The translations under genes were made by a program, and so were the position numbers. From a virus, in IMG/VR virus record IMGVR_UViG_3300046779_001269, positions 1 to 64,000 of that record: a stretch of DNA of 64,000 bases, one strand, 5' to 3'. The notes below the pieces were generated by a model. It searched no databases. It was given only the letters and a program-made list of their open reading frames with translations, and was not told the DNA's origin. Positions 9,444 through 19,010 of the stretch are shown here, piece after piece. Every line of letters starts with the position of its first letter. The stretch's first letter is position 1.

Positions 9444-11233
9444 TAACCCTCACAAGCAATACAATCATTACCTTGTGCAATTTGTGTCATATCAAGTTCT
9501 TTAATTACTTCACGTTCAATACGCTTAGACACTTTATCTGCCTTAGCAAGTTTCTCACTACGGCAATAGTATAGTGTTTTCAAACCTTGTTTCCATGCCA
9601 AGAAATGTACCGCATGAACATACTTGATGTGACTATCTGGACGGAAGAACACATTTAGTGATTGTGCTTGGTCAATATATTGTTGACGGTCAGCTGCGTG
9701 TTCAATCACCCATCGTTGGTCAATTTCCATAGATGTTTTGAATACATCCTTAGTATCATCGTCCATCCAAGTCAAGTGTTGAACTGAACCATCGTTAGCA
9801 ATGATAGAAGACCAAACATCATCGGCCCAACCTTCAGAATGTTTCTCAGATTCTTTCTGGATGATTTTATCCAAATATTTGTTCTTGTTTAGAAATGCTC
9901 CAGATAGAGTATCCTGACGGTATGCATTAGCACGCCAAGGCTCGACACTAGGGCTAGTATTTCCCAAAATGATAGACGAAGAAGCATTTGGAGCAACAGC
10001 CATAAGATGACTGAAACGGAAGCCAGTGCCCATGGCATCGGGTGCTTCACCACGTTCCAAACCGAGTTGAAGATTTGCATCATCCAATCCTTTTCTTATT
10101 GTTTTGAAGATGTTGTTGTTGACTGACTTTGCAACGGCTGATTCAAAGGCCACATTCTTTCGCTGCAGATAAGCATGGAAACCCAAAGCGCCAACGCCAA
10201 TAGAACGTTCACGGCTAGCAGAATACTTGGCACGAGAGATACTGTCAGGAGCATTATCAATAAAATACTGTAGGACGTTATCAAGCATTTCTGCCACGTC
10301 CCGTAGAAAAAGTGCATCATTCTTCCACTCATCATAGGTCTCCAAGTTTAGTGATGATAAACAACAAACAGCTGTGCGTTCCTCGTTTGTTGGTAAAATA
10401 ATTTCGGAACATAGATTTGATTGATGTACTTTCAATCCTCTTTCTTTCAACCACCAAGGCAACATACGATTGCTTGTATCAATGAAGTGCATGTATGGTT
10501 CACCTGTGTGCATACGCAAGTCGATTAGTTTTTCCCACAACATCTTTGCTGATACAGTTTCACGAACTTCACCACTGTTTGGATCAATTAATTTCCAATC
10601 ATCGTTTGCTTGTGGATCCAACATACAGCGTTCAATGATTTCCATAAACGCATCAGGAATATTTACACCATGATGAAGATTCAAACAACGCATGTTTGGA
10701 TCACCAGTTGGTTTTCTCATTTCAAGGAAGGGAATAATATCAGGATGGTTAATGTCCAAATAAGCAGCATAACTGCCCCTACGGGTACGGCCTTGACGAT
10801 AAGCCAAAGAGCTGGCATCGTACATTTTAAGGTGCGGTAATACGCCAGTCGATTTGTCGTCTGCCGAACGAATACCAAAGCCAATGCCGACACCGCCACC
10901 AAGCATACTAAGCCAATTAGTTTCACTAAGATTATCAACTAAACCCTCCGCTGTGTCTTCAATAAAATTCAAGAAGCAAGAAATGGGCATACCACGCTTG
11001 CTACGACCATAAGAAAGAATTGGTGTAGAATAACTGAGCCAATGTTTAGAAGAATAATCATATAAACGTTGAGCGTGTGCAGCATCTGTACCGAATGCTG
11101 ATGATACATACGCAAATCTTTGTTGTGGTGATGTTTCATCGTCACGCATGTACGATTCTTTTAATCGTTTGATGCCCAACTCATCAAATAGTTTGTCTCT
11201 CTCCAAATCTATTTTAATTCCCATATATTCCAT
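9443..11233 (-). CDS. nrdA: ribonucleotide reductase class Ia alpha subunit (no ATP cone)
   Basis: SNLCSEI, APNASSS, KTLYY, C-terminal CIACEG. Confidence 0.95.
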   Translation of the reverse strand: MEYMGIKIDLERDKLFDELGIKRLKESYMRDDETSPQQRFAYVSSAFGTDAAHAQRLYDYSSKHWLSYSTPILSYGRSKRGMPISCFLNFIEDTAEGLVDNLSETNWLSMLGGGVGIGFGIRSADDKSTGVLPHLKMYDASSLAYRQGRTRRGSYAAYLDINHPDIIPFLEMRKPTGDPNMRCLNLHHGVNIPDAFMEIIERCMLDPQANDDWKLIDPNSGEVRETVSAKMLWEKLIDLRMHTGEPYMHFIDTSNRMLPWWLKERGLKVHQSNLCSEIILPTNEERTAVCCLSSLNLETYDEWKNDALFLRDVAEMLDNVLQYFIDNAPDSISRAKYSASRERSIGVGALGFHAYLQRKNVAFESAVAKSVNNNIFKTIRKGLDDANLQLGLERGEAPDAMGTGFRFSHLMAVAPNASSSIILGNTSPSVEPWRANAYRQDTLSGAFLNKNKYLDKIIQKESEKHSEGWADDVWSSIIANDGSVQHLTWMDDDTKDVFKTSMEIDQRWVIEHAADRQQYIDQAQSLNVFFRPDSHIKYVHAVHFLAWKQGLKTLYYCRSEKLAKADKVSKRIEREVIKELDMTQIAQGNDCIACEG

Positions 11234-11244
11234 ATTTTTCCTTA

Positions 11245-11604
11245 TTATTTTTTCAGAATACTCTTAATGTCTGGTGGCGTCCACCCTTCTGGTTTGAGTA
11301 CTTTACCATCTTCTCTTTTTTCTACTTTGCCACTTGCACTGATTTTGGCCAAGTTACTACGAGCAACTTCGTCCCATACTTCTTGTTGTGGAATACCAAG
11401 TGTGTGTTCTAAACCTTCAATAACCCATTTCAAGTCGGCACAAGCATCAGCAATTTCTACCATATCACGATTGCCGAAAGCAAACATCAATTCTTTATAT
11501 TCTTCAATAATTAGAGCCATGTATAGATTTGCCTGAGCTCCAAAATCTTTTGCATTTTGGTCACATGCATACATGAATTTTGCTACATCGTCCCTACTAT
11601 TCAT
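11245..11604 (-). CDS. MazG/PRA-PH-like NTP pyrophosphohydrolase
   Basis: IEEYKE...DACAD...VARSNLAK...REDGKVLKP. Confidence 0.8.
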   Translation of the reverse strand: MNSRDDVAKFMYACDQNAKDFGAQANLYMALIIEEYKELMFAFGNRDMVEIADACADLKWVIEGLEHTLGIPQQEVWDEVARSNLAKISASGKVEKREDGKVLKPEGWTPPDIKSILKK

Positions 11605-12244
11605 TTACAAACTCCTTAATCATGGGAAATATTGGCTCAATTGCATTTGCACAAGCTATTGCAATTTCTTGGTGTTCTTTTTGTGTTCCGTTAGCTGAAC
11701 GGAGTTGTATATAGTGAACCCAAGAACGCAATGTTCCGTTCATGTACATGCGTGATTTTGTCATGCCTTCGGGTAGAACAGAGCGTGCTTGTTCTTTAGC
11801 AATACCTTTGTCCAATGCAAATTGATATGCGTCCTGTGCGGTGCGTTGTACAATCAGTTGATAGTTTTCCCACCATGCCTCCAAAGCCTGATTATCATTC
11901 TTAATAGAATTTTGACGATTCTTATTGTCTTGTAATCTAGCTTCACGGGTCTCAAAACCTAATTGTGATGCATCCGCATATCGTTGACTAAATTCTTGAA
12001 AAGAGAATGAACGGTGTCTTAGAATTTGTCTTGCGATATCACGGGTTGTATCAATTTCCAAACACACGGAAACCATCTCCAATGGACTCCAGTGTTGATT
12101 CTTAATCAGATATCTAACCAACTTTTCCGCTGTCTCGGTGTTGTCCTGATTGGTTGGATTTGAAACCCTTGCACAGTATGCTATTTGTTCCAGGAGGTTG
12201 CGACCTTCAGGGTCTTGCGAATAATTAATTAATTTCACTTTCAT
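11597..12244 (-). CDS. thyX: FAD-dependent thymidylate synthase
   Basis: HWSPLE, RQILRHRSFSFQEFSQRY. Confidence 0.95.
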   Translation of the reverse strand: MKVKLINYSQDPEGRNLLEQIAYCARVSNPTNQDNTETAEKLVRYLIKNQHWSPLEMVSVCLEIDTTRDIARQILRHRSFSFQEFSQRYADASQLGFETREARLQDNKNRQNSIKNDNQALEAWWENYQLIVQRTAQDAYQFALDKGIAKEQARSVLPEGMTKSRMYMNGTLRSWVHYIQLRSANGTQKEHQEIAIACANAIEPIFPMIKEFVNE

Positions 12245-12245
12245 A

Positions 12246-13265
12246 TTATACTTTCTTCCAGTTAACGAATTCCATCTTGGCTCTCAGATTTACGAATGTA
12301 TTTTTACTTATAAAATCTTGAATTTCGTCTGGTGAGAAACCATTCAAAATCATTTCATTGATATCTTTTTCTACAATCATTTCAGGCCAAATAACTACAT
12401 TATAATGTTCCTCGATGGCTTTTTCAAGCTGTTTACAAATGTCTTTATTACGAGGTTCATTATCATATACCAATACCAACTTAGACTTATCAATCAATCT
12501 TGATGCGGCTTGTAGATTAGAGTCCGCAGTCGCTACGGCATTCTCCAAGAACATCGAATCAATAGGTCCTTCTGTGACATAGACCATTTTATCCTCATCA
12601 TCCAAAACGACCCTGTCCATTCCAAAGAGTTTGTAATTATCTTTGTCAATCTTTACCGTAATGTAACGGAGTTTAGATTCTCCCAATGCACGACCTTGGA
12701 ATGCCACTAAATTTTTATCTTCATCGTAGAATGGTATCACTAATCGTGGATCATCTTCTTTGAGGCCGTCTTTTTCAATCTTCATATCTTCCACAAATTT
12801 CTTAAAGTCTTCCGCATAGAAAAGACTTGCGTGGAAAGTTTCGGGAATTTGGCGTTTTAACACATACTGTTTTGCGTAGTGTTCCTCGTCTAAACTTGCA
12901 ATAGATGGTAAATTAATCTTCTCTTTAAACACAGGTTTCTCTTTGAATTCCTCAAAGTCTGGTTTCTCACGTTTGGATGTTGCATTGTCGGCATTCTTGT
13001 ACCGTTCCAATGCATACTCTTTACACAGAGTTTCATCCACTTTTTCCAGGAAATTGTAAAAGTTTGTGGATGCACCACAATTGTGGCACATATAAAAGTA
13101 GTTGTTCTTTTTTGCAAAAACATACCCACGAGCTTTGGTTTTATTTTTGCTAGAGTCGCCACAGAGAGGACACCTGAAATTATACAGGTCGGTCTTCTTC
13201 TGTGTGAATTTTTGAAGTTTGGGGGATACCCTCAGTAAGAAGGTACGGTCAATATAAACAGACAT
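12246..13265 (-). CDS. 61: DNA primase (gp61)
   Basis: CPLCGDS...CHNC zinc finger; EGPIDS; DNEPRN TOPRIM motifs. Confidence 0.93.
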   Translation of the reverse strand: MSVYIDRTFLLRVSPKLQKFTQKKTDLYNFRCPLCGDSSKNKTKARGYVFAKKNNYFYMCHNCGASTNFYNFLEKVDETLCKEYALERYKNADNATSKREKPDFEEFKEKPVFKEKINLPSIASLDEEHYAKQYVLKRQIPETFHASLFYAEDFKKFVEDMKIEKDGLKEDDPRLVIPFYDEDKNLVAFQGRALGESKLRYITVKIDKDNYKLFGMDRVVLDDEDKMVYVTEGPIDSMFLENAVATADSNLQAASRLIDKSKLVLVYDNEPRNKDICKQLEKAIEEHYNVVIWPEMIVEKDINEMILNGFSPDEIQDFISKNTFVNLRAKMEFVNWKKV

Positions 13266-13280
13266 AACAAAAATAACAAA

Positions 13281-13715
13281 TTAGTTTAACAATTTCGTTA
13301 TTATATCAAATTTTATGTGGGAAAACAACCACGCTAAAACTACTATACCACCGGCAGCCATCCATTTCCATTCCAGGATTTTTTTCAATTCGGAATCTTC
13401 TTTCTTGTTGTGCTCGGCAATATCTCTACGCAGGTTTTCAATTTGTTCCATAATCCTGCGTTCTGTGAGTTCCAGTTTATCGGTAAAGTTTCTGTCTACC
13501 GTTGTTATTCTGGAATGTAACTCTTTAATGTCACTCACAGTATCTTTTTTTCGTTCGTCCATATCATCGTAGATTTGATTGACCAATCGGTCTTGATTAT
13601 CCATTAGTTTTTCAATAACCTTGTCCATCTTATCACACAAAGAAGTGATGGTGGCAACCTGAGTTTTCAGGACACCAACATCAACTTGTAATTGTGTGTA
13701 TTCTTGGTCAATCAT
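13281..13715 (-). CDS. coiled-coil protein with C-terminal TM segment
   Basis: Heptad-like region then KWMAAGGIVVLAWLF; start chosen at MIDQE. Confidence 0.7.
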   Translation of the reverse strand: MIDQEYTQLQVDVGVLKTQVATITSLCDKMDKVIEKLMDNQDRLVNQIYDDMDERKKDTVSDIKELHSRITTVDRNFTDKLELTERRIMEQIENLRRDIAEHNKKEDSELKKILEWKWMAAGGIVVLAWLFSHIKFDIITKLLN

Positions 13716-13720
13716 GGTTA

Positions 13721-13927
13721 TTATTTCTTGTCTGCTTTGTCCGGTATTTTTGTACCTTCTAGTTTTTTGTGGACTTTTATTGTTTTGCATGTTTGTTGTG
13801 GTTTACCATCTTTGCCGACAAGAACTTTACCGTCCTTACCAGTTTTATCGACACAGACTTGTTTTTCTTCAGCTGCAAAAACGGATGTTGCAACCAACAA
13901 TGCTATCAACGCAATAATCTTTTTCAT
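13721..13927 (-). CDS. small secreted protein with two Cys
   Basis: Signal peptide MKKIIALIALLVATSVFA; internal GKDGK repeat. Confidence 0.7.
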   Translation of the reverse strand: MKKIIALIALLVATSVFAAEEKQVCVDKTGKDGKVLVGKDGKPQQTCKTIKVHKKLEGTKIPDKADKK

Positions 13928-13929
13928 TT

Positions 13930-14148
13930 TTAATCCTTCTTTGTAAATTTTTCAGAGGCGGTGAAGCCCAACCCCGCAATCACAATGTACATCATAGAAT
14001 CTAATGTATGAACACTTACAGAATATTCTGTATATAGTTCAGTCAAAAAAGCGACAGCACATAATACAAATGCAAGAAGTGTGACAACTCGCTTGCTGCT
14101 CACACTTCCATTTGTGCCATCACCTAATAAACTATTTAACCATTTCAT
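13930..14148 (-). CDS. 2-TM membrane protein, holin candidate
   Basis: SSKR followed by two hydrophobic helices; within lysis cluster. Confidence 0.55.
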   Translation of the reverse strand: MKWLNSLLGDGTNGSVSSKRVVTLLAFVLCAVAFLTELYTEYSVSVHTLDSMMYIVIAGLGFTASEKFTKKD

Positions 14149-14609
14149 TTTTCAGGATGTGGTGGTTGAACAGGTGCTTCTTTACCACCGAAACCTGCAA
14201 CAACTTGTGTTGATACTGGAATTGGAGGTTGTGTAGTCATTTGACCGAAAGTTGCAGTTGGAATTGCAGCTTGTGTTGGTGCAGGATTTGACACCACCAC
14301 TGGAGTAGGAGGTCTTTCCCATCCTTTGTTTGCAGCTTGTAATGCAGCTTTCTGTGCATCTTTGTCACCACCAGCCAACATAATACCTGATAGAGTACCA
14401 GTTAAGAATGTTGCGATAGGTACAATCAGTTCAAAGAACTTTTGGTCGATTGGTGAAATAGCATTCAATGGTTGTGTCACAAAGATAAGTGAGTACAATA
14501 CCACGAATACGATACCAGTCAATGTCAATGATAAACAGATACCAATAAAGAATTTCAGACGAGCCATTAATTGCTCTTCTGTGTATAAGAAGTCGTTATT
14601 ATTTTCCAC
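14145..14609 (-). CDS. 2-TM membrane protein with Pro/Thr-rich tail (holin-like?)
   Basis: Two TM helices; GTG start with AAGGAG SD. Confidence 0.6.
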   Translation of the reverse strand: MENNNDFLYTEEQLMARLKFFIGICLSLTLTGIVFVVLYSLIFVTQPLNAISPIDQKFFELIVPIATFLTGTLSGIMLAGGDKDAQKAALQAANKGWERPPTPVVVSNPAPTQAAIPTATFGQMTTQPPIPVSTQVVAGFGGKEAPVQPPHPEK

Positions 14610-14883
14610 AGGTTGCTCCTTGTGCAGCAGGCGCTGGAGTAGTTGTTTGAGTTTGTCCATCTTTTGGGGGTCCTTGTCTAGGGTCACGTTGACCTTTGAA
14701 GATGTGCTCAGGGCATGTTCTAGTCACATCACACAAAGGCATTTTACAAATATCCTTGTCCCAATTTGCTGGGTCTTGACACGGATATCTAAATCTATCA
14801 CCACTGAAAACTGCCAAACCTAATGGCAACAGTAGTAACAGAAATAACCATTTTACTAATTTTAAGTCGTTATGTCCAGACAT
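14599..14883 (-). CDS. exported Cys-containing protein
   Basis: Hydrophobic N-terminus; RYPCQDP...C...C...CP. Confidence 0.65.
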   Translation of the reverse strand: MSGHNDLKLVKWLFLLLLLPLGLAVFSGDRFRYPCQDPANWDKDICKMPLCDVTRTCPEHIFKGQRDPRQGPPKDGQTQTTTPAPAAQGATCGK

Positions 14884-14884
14884 A

Positions 14885-15499
14885 TCAACCTCCAAATACG
14901 TGTAGTGCGTGTTCGTAGTGTTTGATACGGTCTTCTAGTCCTATTGTACCACCATTTATTCGTTTTGTCATGGTAACAATGTCACCGGCATCGGCATATT
15001 GGTTTAATTTGGTTGTTTCCCAGAACCAGCAAGCAGATTGTGCAGCACCTTCAAATGTTTGCATGTATTCTGATGCTTCTTCTGGAGTAATACCAAGTGA
15101 TGCGGCAAACCAAGTGTAGTTTTCTTTACCTGTAACTTGGATCAATCCACGACCACAGTATTTCCATCCATCACCAGATTCTTCTGGTCCGTTACCCATG
15201 CGTGAGGCATAGACACGGTTAGCAATCTTTTCTGGTTTGTTTGCGTACTGTGCAGCTAACTCATCTGTTGGAAAATACTTTGGAAATACTTTGCGTAGAC
15301 TTGCTGCTTTGTAGTTTAAGTTTTCAGCCAACCAAACGAAGTTGCCAGATTCGTGAGCACATTGTGCCAAGAATGAAGCCATGCGTTTTGGTGTGTTGAT
15401 TTCATAATCCGGCAACAACTGAATCAAGGCATTGTGCCATTGATTGATGTATGGATTTTTGGGAAGTAATTGTTTTAGTTGTTCTTTTGTTAATTCCAT
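14885..15499 (-). CDS. glycoside hydrolase family 19 endolysin
   Basis: FLAQCAHES, ENLNY, GRGLIQVTG, INGG motifs. Confidence 0.9.
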   Translation of the reverse strand: MELTKEQLKQLLPKNPYINQWHNALIQLLPDYEINTPKRMASFLAQCAHESGNFVWLAENLNYKAASLRKVFPKYFPTDELAAQYANKPEKIANRVYASRMGNGPEESGDGWKYCGRGLIQVTGKENYTWFAASLGITPEEASEYMQTFEGAAQSACWFWETTKLNQYADAGDIVTMTKRINGGTIGLEDRIKHYEHALHVFGG

Positions 15500-15783
15500 T
15501 ATTTCACACTTTCAAATATGCGTTTCTGAACTTGATACCATTCAATCCAAGCATCATTTTTCACAGCACATTCGTAGTATGACGAATAATTAAGAATAAC
15601 ATTACCGGCCACATCACTCAATTTGGCATCTTCTTTTAGTTTTAATAATTGTGGACAGGGTTGCATAGAGTATTTAGGTGGTTCGGGAAACTTTGCAGTC
15701 ACCGGAACAGTAGTGGAACAACCAGTTAGTATGAAGAATACCAGAATAAGAGCCAATACCATATAGGTTCTTGTTATGTTCAT
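15499..15783 (-). CDS. outer-membrane lipoprotein spanin (Rz1-like)
   Basis: Lipobox LTGC, Pro-rich segment, next to endolysin. Confidence 0.75.
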   Translation of the reverse strand: MNITRTYMVLALILVFFILTGCSTTVPVTAKFPEPPKYSMQPCPQLLKLKEDAKLSDVAGNVILNYSSYYECAVKNDAWIEWYQVQKRIFESVK

Positions 15784-16214
15784 TTTGGTGCCTCCGCAGC
15801 ATCATTCAATGCTTTGATAAACTCTTTAGGAATGATACATTGATTGTCGTACTTGGTTACTTCACGGTCGACATATTGTTTTATGAGAACCTGTTTCTCA
15901 ACAATCTTTGTTTTCGTTTCTTGTGTCTTATTGTCTATCTTGGTATTTGCTTCTTTGGATTCCTGTTCGGCCTTTGCAACCTTGGCTTCCATTTCGTGTA
16001 CACGGTCTAACCATGCATTATTGTCATATATTGCACCTGACATGAATGTGCCAATCACAATTGCAGCAACAGACCCCAATTGAATTGGAGTCTTGTACAT
16101 GTATACAAAAGGAACGGGAATATATTTAATTAGATACGTTGCAAGGTAACCAATTACACCTGCAAGTAGAATGCCATAAAAAATCCAATCAGGTAACCAT
16201 TTCAAAATCCACAT
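15780..16214 (-). CDS. inner-membrane spanin (Rz-like)
   Basis: N-terminal TM helices, periplasmic coiled coil, C-terminal Cys. Confidence 0.7.
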   Translation of the reverse strand: MWILKWLPDWIFYGILLAGVIGYLATYLIKYIPVPFVYMYKTPIQLGSVAAIVIGTFMSGAIYDNNAWLDRVHEMEAKVAKAEQESKEANTKIDNKTQETKTKIVEKQVLIKQYVDREVTKYDNQCIIPKEFIKALNDAAEAPK

Positions 16215-16215
16215 T

Positions 16216-16587
16216 TTACACCTTTGGTTGTTTTCTTCTCAATAAACCTTTTAATACGGGATTGCGTTTCTTTGAAACACCCGGTTCTCTCTGTGAAACT
16301 GGCAAACGAGAATCGCCAGTACCAGCAACACCTGCAACAGAGTTGGTTGGTGCAGCTGAAAATTCTTCACCAATACTATCTCTTGCTTTTTCGTAACTCT
16401 GTGCTTTAGCTTCGGCAGCACCACCATGACCAAACATTCTTTCACGAGCAGATTGTTCGTGATTTTCTCTGGCTTTGTCTGTCAAGTGTGCTTTTTGGCG
16501 AGCAACCTCGGCCGCATCTCTGGACTTTGTTGCTTCAGGTCCAAGTAATGATTCAATGTACTCGGTATAAGACTTAAAAGATTTCAT
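16216..16587 (-). CDS. putative internal head protein
   Basis: N-terminus MKSFKSYTEYIE resembles T4 capsid-targeting sequence. Confidence 0.55.
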   Translation of the reverse strand: MKSFKSYTEYIESLLGPEATKSRDAAEVARQKAHLTDKARENHEQSARERMFGHGGAAEAKAQSYEKARDSIGEEFSAAPTNSVAGVAGTGDSRLPVSQREPGVSKKRNPVLKGLLRRKQPKV

Positions 16588-17315
16588 CAGCAATTCCACT
16601 TTCTCAATGATTTATTAATACGTGAATCTGGATCATTTGCTGTTTTTGCTGAAGTCAAACGTTTCTTCATGCCAGTCATTCTAGCACAAAATGATTTACG
16701 GCGATTTGCTGCTTTAGAACCTGGTTTCAACTTAGATGGTTTTGTTGTAACAGCTGTTTGTAGTTTTGAACCTGGGTTTTCTCTACGATAACTAGCAACA
16801 CCTTTGGCATTCAAACCACCTTCTGGATTCTTACCTTCTTTGCGTTGCCATGCAGCAGTTTCTTCCAGTTCAACTTCTTCATTTTTACTAGACATGTAAC
16901 CGGAAGCTGTTTCGATATAATCAGCAGCCAATGTTACTTTAGATTGTACCCACGCAGGCACTTGCATTTTGGAATCTTTGACTACATCACGCATCATATT
17001 AATGGATCTTTCCATTTGATCCAGTTGATTCATAATCATACTACCTTCATCATCCAATTCTTTACCCATGGCAATGGCAACATGATTTTCATCTAGTTCA
17101 CTATCTTCACTTACGGATCTCCAACCACCGCCCATAGATTTGTATTTTTTGGATGCCCATGCGTTGGCGTATGCGGAAGGATAAACATCAAACTTAGATT
17201 TCGCCAAAGCTTTTGCTCTTGCCCACTTTTCTGGACTTGTTGGCTTATTTTTTTCTTCCAAGTATTCTGTATCCTCGGTAGTGGTTTCCATAAAAAATTG
17301 TTTGAAGGTTTTCAT
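16587..17315 (-). CDS. putative internal head protein, modular and basic
   Basis: MKTFKQFFME N-terminus; modules (YPSAYAN; AAWQRKEGKNPEGGLN...RRKSFCARM) separated by Glu-rich linkers. Confidence 0.6.
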   Translation of the reverse strand: MKTFKQFFMETTTEDTEYLEEKNKPTSPEKWARAKALAKSKFDVYPSAYANAWASKKYKSMGGGWRSVSEDSELDENHVAIAMGKELDDEGSMIMNQLDQMERSINMMRDVVKDSKMQVPAWVQSKVTLAADYIETASGYMSSKNEEVELEETAAWQRKEGKNPEGGLNAKGVASYRRENPGSKLQTAVTTKPSKLKPGSKAANRRKSFCARMTGMKKRLTSAKTANDPDSRINKSLRKWNC

Positions 17316-17663
17316 TTATTTTGTCCTAACAAATATTGGTTTGCCTTTTCTTTCGGGATTAGGATCTTCTCTGCGTTTTCTTTGTGCAGCTGATGCTCTT
17401 CCTTCTTTACCCAAAGCATGTGCTTTTGCTTGCGGTAGACACTTTGGTTTTCCTTCACCTGGGTCACGAGCACAATCACCCTTTATGTTACCCTTTGTGT
17501 CCATTCTCACCCATTTTTGGGCAAACCACTTGCGTAAATCTTCTTGTACTTCCACTTCTTCTTTTTTACAGCTACCTGGAGAAAATGGTTTTTTTCCTGG
17601 AACAGGTTTGTATTCAGGCCAGCATCGTCCTGCTTCATTCATAAACTGTTTAAAAGTTTTCAT
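17316..17663 (-). CDS. putative internal head protein
   Basis: MKTFKQFMNE N-terminus; EDLRKWF..KWV module. Confidence 0.6.
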   Translation of the reverse strand: MKTFKQFMNEAGRCWPEYKPVPGKKPFSPGSCKKEEVEVQEDLRKWFAQKWVRMDTKGNIKGDCARDPGEGKPKCLPQAKAHALGKEGRASAAQRKRREDPNPERKGKPIFVRTK

Positions 17664-18046
17664 ATCTTTTTTAGTATCTCTAATATGTCATCATTTAATG
17701 GTATGTCACTTGTGTGGATATTTTTTCCCTTAATGCCATAAATCATATCTGGCATAATATTCAGATAAGACAGGAAAGATTTCAGTATATCATAATCTCT
17801 TTCATCAATCTTATAGAACAAGATTCTTGCAGTAGCTTCAGTACCAAAAACATTGTTCAATAATATGATGTGGTTTAATATTAAACGCTCCTTTAGTGAC
17901 TTGGTCACTTTGTATCTTCTGAATAATCTCTTTAGATACTTCGTGCGTTTAATATCTCCTTCAAATTCTGACATAATGCAATGTGGTGAACTATAACACT
18001 TCATCGCATACATTACAAAATTATCTTCATTCAAGTTGTCAAACAT
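17660..18046 (-). CDS. conserved T4-like hypothetical protein
   Basis: RLILNHII.L.NVFG motif. Confidence 0.75.
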   Translation of the reverse strand: MFDNLNEDNFVMYAMKCYSSPHCIMSEFEGDIKRTKYLKRLFRRYKVTKSLKERLILNHIILLNNVFGTEATARILFYKIDERDYDILKSFLSYLNIMPDMIYGIKGKNIHTSDIPLNDDILEILKKI

Positions 18047-18052
18047 ATTATA

Positions 18053-18074
18053 GAAGGGGGTGATTAACCCCCTG
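18053..18074 (-). terminator. hairpin / probable intrinsic terminator
   Basis: AGGGGG-TTAATCA-CCCCCT followed by a short T-rich tract. Confidence 0.5.
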
Positions 18075-18078
18075 TAAA

Positions 18079-18966
18079 TTAAGCGTCAGGTAATGTAATG
18101 TCGTCTGAACCGTCACCAGTTACTTGATTTAGAGCAACCAATGTTTCATACTGAACACGACCAGCACGGCCACCAGAACCAACTGTGCGTAAGTTCCAAC
18201 CTTTGTTAGCACGAGCAGATGTGTTACCATCACCGTCACCACCTAGACCTTTAACTGCGATTGCAGTAGCACCAACACCAGCATTGATGATGAAGTATTG
18301 GTCGTTGTTGCCTGTACCTGTCAAGTTCATCAATCCTGTTGCACCAGCTGTTGCGGCATTTGCAGAAGTGTTGTACAACTTGAATGTGTTAGTTGTTTTA
18401 TCACCAACATAGTAAACTGTTCCATCAGTAAGACCAGTGATAGAAGTACCGCCTGCATTTTCATATGTCAATGCAGCAGTATTTGCTTGACCGTGAGCAG
18501 CATAAGTGATAATATCGTCTGTTGTGTTAACACCAGATGTTGCCACTGTCAAAACTGGAACTTGAACTGCAACAGTAGGTACTGTTTCGTAAGAAGAACC
18601 AACGTTTGTTACTGTGATTGCTGTAACTACGCCACCAGCAATTGTTGCTGTTGCAGCTGCGCCAGAACCACCGCCACCTGAGAAGGTGACACCTGGTGCT
18701 TCTACATAACCAGAACCGGCACCTTCAATCGACACGCCTGTGACATTATCACCACCAGCATGTGCTTCTGTGCCGTCTATCATGAATAGACCAATTGTTT
18801 GTCCTGTTGTGTAAACATCAGGTGTAGTATTTCCATACAACAAAGCGACATTGGCTGCAGTTGGCATTGCAGAATTTTGTTCTACGGATAGTGTATTGAA
18901 AACTGTTGAGTTAACTGCCCAGTATGGTGCGTTAGCTGCGTTGTCGTTATTTCCCCAAGATGACAT
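18079..18966 (-). CDS. virion structural protein (Gly/Ala/Thr-rich, beta-rich)
   Basis: GSGY..AP.V.FSGGGGSGA.ATA repeats; C-terminal GRAGRVQYETLVA. Confidence 0.7.
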   Translation of the reverse strand: MSSWGNNDNAANAPYWAVNSTVFNTLSVEQNSAMPTAANVALLYGNTTPDVYTTGQTIGLFMIDGTEAHAGGDNVTGVSIEGAGSGYVEAPGVTFSGGGGSGAAATATIAGGVVTAITVTNVGSSYETVPTVAVQVPVLTVATSGVNTTDDIITYAAHGQANTAALTYENAGGTSITGLTDGTVYYVGDKTTNTFKLYNTSANAATAGATGLMNLTGTGNNDQYFIINAGVGATAIAVKGLGGDGDGNTSARANKGWNLRTVGSGGRAGRVQYETLVALNQVTGDGSDDITLPDA

Positions 18967-19010
18967 TTATATTCTCCTTTTAACCGAGGGTTATCTTACT
19001 ATTTATTGTT

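Noticed and set aside
6857-11233. Intron/intein or mobile homing endonuclease in the nrd region
   Set aside because: nrdA, nrdB, thyX and gene 43 are uninterrupted; the GIY-YIG ORF is short and free-standing with no DNA-binding extension.
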